Below, piece by piece: positions 57,075 to 64,000 of a stretch of DNA of 64,000 bases. Both the position numbers and the translations under genes were made by a program. How positions within the stretch are numbered: the stretch's first letter is position 1; each line of letters starts with the position of its first letter. The notes beneath the pieces were generated by a model, which was given only the letters and a program-made list of their open reading frames with translations, did no database searches and was not told the origin of the DNA. Location of the stretch: assembly GCA_003645085.1 (NCBI GenBank), contig QNEE01000001.1, positions 1,282 to 65,281 of the forward strand, written 5' to 3'. The DNA comes from a bacterium (GTDB lineage Bacteria; UBP14; UBA6098).

Positions 57075-58053
57075 TTCTCTCTATCATATTATTTTCGAGT
57101 AGTTTTCGATAAACAGAATCGAGGAGTTCTTGTAATCCCTCACCCGTAACGGCGCTTATTAAAAAGGCGTCTTTGCCGAGAATGTCAAGCCAATTTACGT
57201 TCTGGTCGACCGAGTCGAGCTTTGTCCCGACAACGAGTCGCTGCTTTTTCGAGAGAATTCCATCGGCATAGCTGTCGAGTTCACTTTCCAGCATCTTCAA
57301 TCCCTCCGCCGGATTATCATTAAGGTCCACCAATAGCAATATCAAGCGTGTTCTCTCGATATGTCTTAAGAATTCGAGACCGAGCCCCTTTCCCTCGTGC
57401 GCACCTTCGATAAGCCCCGGTATATCACAGACAACGAACCGCCTTTCAGGGTCGAGTTCCACAATGCCGAGGTTCGGTTCTTTCGTTGTGAACGGGAACG
57501 GCGCGATTTTCGGGCGCGCTTTACTAATCCGCGATAAAAGCGTCGATTTGCCGGCGTTTGGCGCTCCGGCGAATCCGACATCCGCTATAAGTTTCAATTC
57601 GAGGATAACCTCGCGTTCCTCTCCCGGTTCACCGGCCGTAGCCTTTCTCGGGGCCTGGTCTCGCGAAGTCGCAAAAGATGCGTTTCCTCTGCCTCCACGC
57701 CCTCCTCTGGCTATAACGAACCTTCCCTCGGTAAGGTCTGCGAGAATTTCTCCTGTTTCGGCTCTTTTAACTATAGTTCCGGGCGGAACATCGATTATTT
57801 TGTTTTTTCCGTCGGCGCCGGTTTTATTGCCTCCCTCTCCGGGTTTGCCATTTCCGGCTTTATATTTATGAACATAATAGAAATCGAGAAGGGTCGACAT
57901 ATTCCTATCGACCCTGAATACAACATCGCCTCCTTTACCGCCATTTCCCCCAGCTGGACCTCCCCGAGGCACATATTTTTCCCGCCTGAATGCAACGCAT
58001 CCGTCTCCGCCTTTGCCGGCGATAACCTTTATCTCGACCCTGTCGATAAACAC
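57061..58053 (-). CDS. obg: GTPase Obg/CgtA.
   Basis: MFIDRVEIKVIAGKGGDGCVAFRREKYVPRGGPAGGNGGKGGDV… Obg fold plus G-domain (GAPNAGKSTL). Confidence 0.95.
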   Translation of the reverse strand: MFIDRVEIKVIAGKGGDGCVAFRREKYVPRGGPAGGNGGKGGDVVFRVDRNMSTLLDFYYVHKYKAGNGKPGEGGNKTGADGKNKIIDVPPGTIVKRAETGEILADLTEGRFVIARGGRGGRGNASFATSRDQAPRKATAGEPGEEREVILELKLIADVGFAGAPNAGKSTLLSRISKARPKIAPFPFTTKEPNLGIVELDPERRFVVCDIPGLIEGAHEGKGLGLEFLRHIERTRLILLLVDLNDNPAEGLKMLESELDSYADGILSKKQRLVVGTKLDSVDQNVNWLDILGKDAFLISAVTGEGLQELLDSVYRKLLENNMIERNGPC

Positions 58054-58823
58054 TAAATCCTGCGACCTTTAAGCGAAACCTCGAGCAATCGGGCCAATCT
58101 GTCTGGAGACAGATTCCTACGTAGGTGCCCGCGAACGGCAAGGGAAATTGCGCCCGTCTCCTCGGAAACCAGAACAACCAACGCATCCGTTTCTTCCGAA
58201 AGCCCCACCCCCGCGCGGTGACGCATTCCGAGAATACGCTGGTAGCGGGGGTTGGACGTCAGCGGAAGCTCGCATCCCGCGGAGACAATCCTGTCGTTTT
58301 CTATTATAACAGCACCGTCGTGAAGAGGGGTATGTGGAGTAAAGAGCGTAACCAACAGTTCTGCGCTCAGTTCCGCGTTAACTTTCTTTCCTGTTTCCAT
58401 ATAACTTTTAAGACCGACCTCGCGTTTAATAACGATTATAGCCCCGACGCTCGCTTCGGACAATAATCCCACAGCTTCTACGACCTCGGCAACAGTTTCC
58501 GTTCCCTCTGCGGACAGAAATTTTCGAAACAAAGGAGTATTGCCGAGTCTCGTCAGAACGTTCCTTAATTCCGGTTGAAAAACCACGAGAAATGCGATAA
58601 GCCAGACCGTCCCGAGGCGCATTATAAGCCATTTCAATGAATTCATGCTGAGCCACGTCGAAAGAAAAACCAGAAAGAGTATCAACCCAAGGCCGACAAG
58701 CATTGTAACGGCACGCGTGCCGCGCATAAGCATTATAAATTGATAAACGATAAACGCTACTATCAATATATCGAGAACATCGACAATACCAAATTCCATA
58801 AACACTATCTTAAAAAGTGTCAT
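58053..58823 (-). CDS. cdaA: Diadenylate cyclase CdaA (DisA_N domain, membrane-anchored).
   Basis: N-terminal TM helices; DAC domain motifs …HDGAVII… and …RHRAGVGLSEETDALVVLVSEETG…. Confidence 0.85.
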   Translation of the reverse strand: MTLFKIVFMEFGIVDVLDILIVAFIVYQFIMLMRGTRAVTMLVGLGLILFLVFLSTWLSMNSLKWLIMRLGTVWLIAFLVVFQPELRNVLTRLGNTPLFRKFLSAEGTETVAEVVEAVGLLSEASVGAIIVIKREVGLKSYMETGKKVNAELSAELLVTLFTPHTPLHDGAVIIENDRIVSAGCELPLTSNPRYQRILGMRHRAGVGLSEETDALVVLVSEETGAISLAVRGHLRRNLSPDRLARLLEVSLKGRRI

Positions 58824-59677
58824 CCTACAACCGCCGGTTTATAATCATCTTTATAATTCACAATCTCGGCCAGAACATCGAGCATCTGACGGGTAGCCGC
58901 GACATCGTGAACACGCAATATATCTACACCGCAAATCGCGGCCCAGGCGAATGTCGCCAGACTGCCGAAAAGCCTTTTCTCGGGGGAAACGCCGCCGAGT
59001 ATCGCGCCGATAAAGGCTTTACGCGAAGTCCCCAAAACTACTTTATGTCCAGAATTGCAAAACCTTTCGAGATTATGAAGGATGTCGAGGTTGTCGTCGA
59101 TAGGCTTCCCACGCCTTTTGCCAAAACCTATTCCCGGGTCTATCCAGATATTCTCTTTGCGGATGCCGTTACTTATTGCATAATCGGCTCTCTCCTCGAG
59201 AAAACCTTTTATCTCGCCTATAGTGTCTTCGTAATATGGTTTATCCTGCATATTTCTGGGATTGCCTTTCATATGCATAATAACAACGGGACACCCTCGT
59301 TCGGCAATTAACGGAGCCATTTCGGCGTCGAAACGCAACGCCGATATATCGTTGACTACACTCGCACCGGCATCCAGTGCCGCGCGGGCGACTTCGGCCT
59401 TATAGGTGTCTATCGAAATCGGCACCTGCGGATTTTTAGCGAGACCTTCGATAACCGGTAATACACGCATCAGTTCAGCTTCTACGGAAAGCGGTTCTGC
59501 TCCGGGGCGCGTAGATTCGCCACCGACATCTATATAGTCCGCGCCATCTTCGACAAGCCTTAGTCCATGTTCTATTGCTGCGGAAGCGTCGAAAAATCTG
59601 CCGCCGTCCGAAAAACTATCGGGAGTAACATTAACAACCCCCATCAATTCTGTATTTGAAGGATTATGCATCTCCAT
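58820..59677 (-). CDS. folP: Dihydropteroate synthase.
   Basis: …MGVVNVTPDSFSDGG… pterin-binding signature. Confidence 0.9.
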   Translation of the reverse strand: MEMHNPSNTELMGVVNVTPDSFSDGGRFFDASAAIEHGLRLVEDGADYIDVGGESTRPGAEPLSVEAELMRVLPVIEGLAKNPQVPISIDTYKAEVARAALDAGASVVNDISALRFDAEMAPLIAERGCPVVIMHMKGNPRNMQDKPYYEDTIGEIKGFLEERADYAISNGIRKENIWIDPGIGFGKRRGKPIDDNLDILHNLERFCNSGHKVVLGTSRKAFIGAILGGVSPEKRLFGSLATFAWAAICGVDILRVHDVAATRQMLDVLAEIVNYKDDYKPAVVG

Positions 59678-59718
59678 CTGTTCTGGGCAATGGGTAAATA
59701 AACTAGAAGGATTCGCTT

Positions 59719-59745
59719 AACCAGAACCTATCCAATAGGTTCTGG
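59719..59745 (-). terminator. Strong 12-bp-stem hairpin (accagaacctat-cca-ataggttctggt) overlapping the ftsH stop codon; candidate terminator or attenuator between ftsH and folP.
   Basis: Perfect inverted repeat seen directly in the sequence, followed on the minus strand by a T-containing stretch (…agtttattt…). Confidence 0.45.
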
Positions 59746-61719
59746 TGTAGGTTTTGTGCCGATAGCCGGGCTTACGCTCTCCTCTTCGGCGTCCGTCCTG
59801 GTCTCGAGCGCTTCTTCCACTTTAACGTTTCGTTGTTCTATCGCCCGGGTGACAGGTTTGCCCTCGAGAACAAGGTCTATCTCTTCGCCGGACAGCGATT
59901 CGTATTCGAGCAATCCTTTAGCGAGCAGGTGTAATTTATCTATATTTTCAGAGAGTATTTTCTTTGCCTGCTCGAGCGCACCCTCAACAAGAGAAGCCAC
60001 TTCTTCGTCGATTAAACGTTTGACCTCGTCTGAATGACTCGAATGTCTCGTAATTAATTCTTTCCCGAGAAAAACCTCGTCCCCTTTGGTCGTGAAATCC
60101 AGCGGGCCCAGTTTTTCGCTCATTCCCCATTCACAAACCATTTTGCGCGCTATATTCGTCGCCGATTCTATATCCGAATTGGCATTTGTCGTCGGGTCGT
60201 CGAAGATGAGCATCTCGGCGGCTCTCCCACCAAGGTGATGCACAAGCACCGTTTTCAAATAGCTTTTCGTATATATATATCGGTCCTTTTTGGGAATAAA
60301 TGCGGTCAAACCTAGTGCCATCCCGCGCGGTATTATTGTTACTTTGTGAACAGGGTCACCACCCGGCAAGAGTTTAGCTATCAATGCGTGACCGGCTTCG
60401 TGGTAGGCCGAAACCTTCTTCTCCTCGGGTGAAATCACGAGGCTTCGCCTTTCGGCACCCATCATAACCTTATCGCCGGCGCGTTCGAAATCATTCATAT
60501 CGACTTCGTCTTTAGAATCGCGTGCGGCAAGTAAAGCAGCCTCGTTGACGATATTAGCCAGGTCTGCGCCGGAAAGGCCGGCAGTTCCTTGGGCTATCGT
60601 TGCCAAATTGACGTCCTTTGCAAGCGGGATACCGCGTGTGTGAACCCTGAGTATGCCCTCGCGTCCTTTCACATCCGGTAGATTGATAACCACCCGGCGG
60701 TCGAATCTACCGGCGCGCAATAGAGCCGGGTCGAGGACGTCCGGGCGGTTGGTCGCCGCGAGAACGATAACCCCCACGTTAGCGTCGAAACCATCCATCT
60801 CGACCAATATCTGGTTTAACGTCTGCTCTCTCTCGTCGTGCCCTCCGCCCAGACCTGTGCCGCGCTGACGTCCTACCGCGTCTATTTCGTCCACGAATAC
60901 GATACACGGTGCGTTAGCTTTCGCATTATCGAAAAGGTCGCGCACCCGGCTCGCGCCGACGCCGACGAACATCTCGACAAAATCGCTTCCCGACACACTA
61001 AAGAAAGGAACCCCGGCCTCGCCGGAAACCGCTTTTGCGAGAAGGGTCTTCCCCGTTCCGGGAGGGCCGAGAAGAAGTACTCCTTTGGGTATCTTACCGC
61101 CGAGCTTGGAAAAATGTTTCGGGTTCTTTAAAAACTCGATAACCTCACTCAATTCCTGTTTCGCTTCCTCGCAATCGGCGACATCCTCGAAAGTAACGCG
61201 GGCGCGGTCGGGGGTTATCCGTTTCGCTCTGGATTTTCCAAAGGAAAACAATCCTTTTTGATTCCCCTGGAATTTATAGATAAGAAGGAAATAGAAAAGC
61301 GGAATAAGCAGCCACGGTAGAATCGAGATAACTATAGAAAACCAACCTGAACTTTTCTCCTTAGCCAGAATCTTGACATCGTTCTCGCGGAGTAAGGTTA
61401 CCAGTTCGGGGTCCTCGAACGGAATAAAAAGCTCGAATTTAGGGTATCGGCCTTTTCCTCTACCCGTAGAAACCACCTTTGGAGCGACGAATTCCCCCTC
61501 GACTTTTTTTTCGATAAAGGTAACCTCGGAAATATTGCCTTTCTCTGCCTCGGATATGAATTCCGAGTAGCTCAGTTTAAGCACCGGGCTCCGTTCGCCG
61601 TAAAATAATTGCGAAAAAGTCAAAGCCGCAGCCAGAAGTAAAAGCCAGATAGCGATAGCCATACTTCTGGGTTTCCAGTTGCGTTTCGGCGTCGGTATTT
61701 TCTTACCCGTTTTATCCAT
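59728..61719 (-). CDS. ftsH: ATP-dependent zinc metalloprotease FtsH.
   Basis: Two N-terminal TM helices; AAA+ module ([13 protein letters not shown], …DEIDAVG…); HEAGH zinc-binding motif. Confidence 0.95.
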   Translation of the reverse strand: MDKTGKKIPTPKRNWKPRSMAIAIWLLLLAAALTFSQLFYGERSPVLKLSYSEFISEAEKGNISEVTFIEKKVEGEFVAPKVVSTGRGKGRYPKFELFIPFEDPELVTLLRENDVKILAKEKSSGWFSIVISILPWLLIPLFYFLLIYKFQGNQKGLFSFGKSRAKRITPDRARVTFEDVADCEEAKQELSEVIEFLKNPKHFSKLGGKIPKGVLLLGPPGTGKTLLAKAVSGEAGVPFFSVSGSDFVEMFVGVGASRVRDLFDNAKANAPCIVFVDEIDAVGRQRGTGLGGGHDEREQTLNQILVEMDGFDANVGVIVLAATNRPDVLDPALLRAGRFDRRVVINLPDVKGREGILRVHTRGIPLAKDVNLATIAQGTAGLSGADLANIVNEAALLAARDSKDEVDMNDFERAGDKVMMGAERRSLVISPEEKKVSAYHEAGHALIAKLLPGGDPVHKVTIIPRGMALGLTAFIPKKDRYIYTKSYLKTVLVHHLGGRAAEMLIFDDPTTNANSDIESATNIARKMVCEWGMSEKLGPLDFTTKGDEVFLGKELITRHSSHSDEVKRLIDEEVASLVEGALEQAKKILSENIDKLHLLAKGLLEYESLSGEEIDLVLEGKPVTRAIEQRNVKVEEALETRTDAEEESVSPAIGTKPTPEPIG

Positions 61720-61761
61720 ATCCTGTTTTGATTTTATCGAAGAACTCGATATTAATAGTTA

Positions 61762-62145
61762 CTACATTACATATTCCTCATTTTCCATTTTTTCTTTGCA
61801 ATCCACGCAGTAAGGAGTATAGGGTATCGCGCGTAGCCGCTCGAACGGAATTTTCTCTCCGCATTCTACGCAAAGGCCGTAGGTTCCTTTATCGATACGA
61901 GCAAGCGCGTCATCGATAAGCGATAGAATCTCATTCTCGGTCGAGGCGAGAACATAAGCTTTCTCATATTCGGCGGTCTCGGCACCCATATCGGCGGGGT
62001 GTGTCGTAAAACTCGAAACCTCCCCTGTTGTTTCCTTGCGGTTCTTGTGTAGCATATTGCTCTCGAATCGACCGATTTCGCCTTCGATTTCCTCCCTTAA
62101 AACCATAAGCATTTTTTTGAATCTTTGCAGTTCCCTTGTTCTCAT
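61762..62145 (-). CDS. DksA/TraR-family C4-type zinc-finger transcription factor.
   Basis: C-terminal CVECGEKIPFERLRAIPYTPYCVDC four-Cys zinc finger with an N-terminal coiled-coil. Confidence 0.8.
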   Translation of the reverse strand: MRTRELQRFKKMLMVLREEIEGEIGRFESNMLHKNRKETTGEVSSFTTHPADMGAETAEYEKAYVLASTENEILSLIDDALARIDKGTYGLCVECGEKIPFERLRAIPYTPYCVDCKEKMENEEYVM

Positions 62146-62222
62146 ATCCTTCCCCGTTTTTATTGATTTATTTTTAAATTATAATCTTTTATTGGGCATT
62201 ATTCAAGCCCTATTTAGGCGCA

Positions 62223-64000
62223 TTATATTCTCCGAACCGATATAACAGTTTCGTTTTCGTCTATAACCCAGTTTTTAGTGAACTCTGCGTCCTTTAACTG
62301 TTCGAGTTTCAGCTCGACCGCAAGAACCTCGTTCCTTATCCATCCGGAATGCGTCTCTATCGCGGTGGCAATCTCTTCGGCGGTCTCGATACCGACCGCT
62401 ATCCGGTCGGTTACACCGAAACCGGCTTGCTTACGGGTGTTCTGAATCCTATTGACCAGCTCGCGGGCGAGGCCCTCGGCGATAAGTTCCTCTGTAAGAG
62501 CCGTATCCAGAGCCACCGCGAGGTCGTCGTCGAAAGCCACCGAAAGGCCTTTAATAGACGTTGTTTCAGTAATAAGGTCATTCTCTATATCGAGAAATGT
62601 CTTTTCGCCCGCTATCGTAATTTCGAGAGTCCCGGTTTTGACCGCTTTCTCTATAGTATCCGAGGGCAAACCCGCCAGCACTTCGCCTAATTCCTTTATA
62701 TATTTACCGAAGCGTGGTCCGAGCACTTTATAATCCGGTTTTACCGAGTAACTGAAAAGATTTCCCCGCTTCGCCGATTCGACCGCTTTCACATTAAGTT
62801 CTTTTTTGATAAGTTCGGTCGCCCAACCCGGAAGCTTCTCGCCGCTATCTTCAGATATAATAAGTCTGCTCAAAGGCTGACGGATTTTGAGGTTCGCTTC
62901 CTGCCTCGCGTTTCGCCCCATAGTAACCACTCGTTCGGCGAAAGCCATCTCCTTCTCGAGGTCGATATCGATATTCGATTCGTCCGCCGAGGGAAACTCG
63001 GTTAGATGAACGCTTTGAACAACGTTTTCGAGATTCTCGTTAAGCCCGCGCCAGATAATATCGGCGGTAATTGGCACAAACGGCGCAATAAGTCTAGAAA
63101 CCGTCGAAAGCGCATCGTAAAGAACCCTATAGCATGCGAGTTTGTCGTCGTCCAGTCCGCTGCCCCAGAAACGTTTCCGCGAAAGACGAATATACCAATT
63201 CGATAATTCATCGATTACAAAAGAGGATATCTTCCGCGTTGCACGAGTAACTTGATATTCATCGAGGTCCGTGCGAACCTCTTCTACAAGCGTATTAAAG
63301 CGGCTTCTCAACCAGAGGTCCATCATCGTAGGTTCACCTGCGGGCATATCTGGTGTCCAGCCGTCGATATTCGCATAAAGCGCGAAAAAGCCGAAGGCGT
63401 TACGTAGCGTATCGAAAAACGTTCTGCGGACTTCTCCTACACCGTCGGTATCGAATCTCGTTGGAAGCCATGGCGCGCTCGTGGTAACGAGATACCAACG
63501 CAATGGGTCTGCGCCGTAATCTGCGATAACCTGCACGGGGTCGACGGCATTACCCCGGCTTTTCGACATCTTTTGGCCGTCCTTATCCTGAACGAGGCCG
63601 TTGACCAGACACCTCTCATAGCTCGATTTGCCCTTAATAAAAGTGGCTATCGCGAGAAGTGTATAGAACCACCCTCTTGTCTGGTCCACACCTTCACATA
63701 TAAATGCCGCGGGGAAAAAATCCGGTTCGAAATCTTCCTTGTGCTCGAACGGGTAATGGCATTGCGCAAAAGGCATAGCGCCGCTGTCGAACCAGCAATC
63801 GATAACGTCCGGGACCCGGTGCATTATGCCGCCGCATTGCGGACATTTAAGGGTAACCTTGTCGATAAACGGCTTGTGGACATCCATTCCCTCAGAATAG
63901 CCCTCGATAGCCATCTCTGATAATTCAGCGAACCCGCCTATAGCGTGCTGATGCCCGCAATCGTCGCAGACCCAGATAGGCAAAGGTGTTCCCCAATAGC
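62223..64000 (-). CDS. ileS: Isoleucyl-tRNA synthetase (type 2), C-terminal ~590 aa. The gene continues beyond the window end.
   Basis: …EGVDQTRGWFYTLLAIATF… and KMSKS (QKMSKSRGNAVDP) motifs. The ORF is open to the window edge. Confidence 0.85.
   Translation of the reverse strand, partial: YWGTPLPIWVCDDCGHQHAIGGFAELSEMAIEGYSEGMDVHKPFIDKVTLKCPQCGGIMHRVPDVIDCWFDSGAMPFAQCHYPFEHKEDFEPDFFPAAFICEGVDQTRGWFYTLLAIATFIKGKSSYERCLVNGLVQDKDGQKMSKSRGNAVDPVQVIADYGADPLRWYLVTTSAPWLPTRFDTDGVGEVRRTFFDTLRNAFGFFALYANIDGWTPDMPAGEPTMMDLWLRSRFNTLVEEVRTDLDEYQVTRATRKISSFVIDELSNWYIRLSRKRFWGSGLDDDKLACYRVLYDALSTVSRLIAPFVPITADIIWRGLNENLENVVQSVHLTEFPSADESNIDIDLEKEMAFAERVVTMGRNARQEANLKIRQPLSRLIISEDSGEKLPGWATELIKKELNVKAVESAKRGNLFSYSVKPDYKVLGPRFGKYIKELGEVLAGLPSDTIEKAVKTGTLEITIAGEKTFLDIENDLITETTSIKGLSVAFDDDLAVALDTALTEELIAEGLARELVNRIQNTRKQAGFGVTDRIAVGIETAEEIATAIETHSGWIRNEVLAVELKLEQLKDAEFTKNWVIDENETVISVRRI

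Noticed and set aside
1-64000. CRISPR arrays, tRNA, rRNA, tmRNA and SRP RNA.
   Set aside because: I saw no spacer-repeat periodicity, no tRNA-like cloverleaf with a T-loop GGTTCGAATCC-type motif, and no rRNA-like sequence while reading the intergenic regions. A tRNAscan/Infernal run would be needed to be certain.

Overview
The window reads as a GC-rich (roughly 55-60% by eye) Gram-negative chromosome. The organism is probably FCB-superphylum-like: four proteins carry type IX secretion (T9SS) C-terminal sorting domains, and LptF/G, Lnt and a PorU-like C25 peptidase are present. Shine-Dalgarno sites (AGGAGG) and TTG/GTG start codons are used. I found no rRNA, tRNA or CRISPR array.

Most genes are housekeeping. 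The recognised ones are ffh, rpsP-KH-trmD, purM, lnt, rnhB, rplS, mnmG, rsmG, pgsA, ptsH, ptsN, dprA, obg, cdaA, folP, ftsH, a dksA-like regulator and a partial type-2 ileS.

The features that stand out are:
1. A 15.5-kb gene (6925-22401, minus strand) encodes a 5158-aa lipoprotein built from dozens of tandem Big_1/Ig-like domains. It is followed on the same strand by a small outer-membrane beta-barrel, a large TPR protein, a cyclophilin lipoprotein and a nitroreductase-fold protein.
2. Two low-GC islands carry DNA methyltransferases. One is an orphan Dam-like alpha-class enzyme at 36616-37761. The other is a Type II R-M pair at 47131-48977, wedged between rplS and the PorU-like gene.
3. A 44-bp repeat (40/44 identical) sits about 27-30 bp downstream of each methyltransferase stop codon, in inverted orientation (37789-37832 and 47068-47111). 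The two copies bracket a 9.2-kb segment. Inverting that segment would put rplS-rnhB back collinear with rpsP-KH-trmD, so the repeats may mark recombination sites behind a recent inversion.
4. A FemAB/VimA-like acyltransferase is translationally coupled to a T9SS beta-propeller cargo gene and lnt. A single-HKD PLD-family nuclease is paired with a BsuPI-like lipoprotein.
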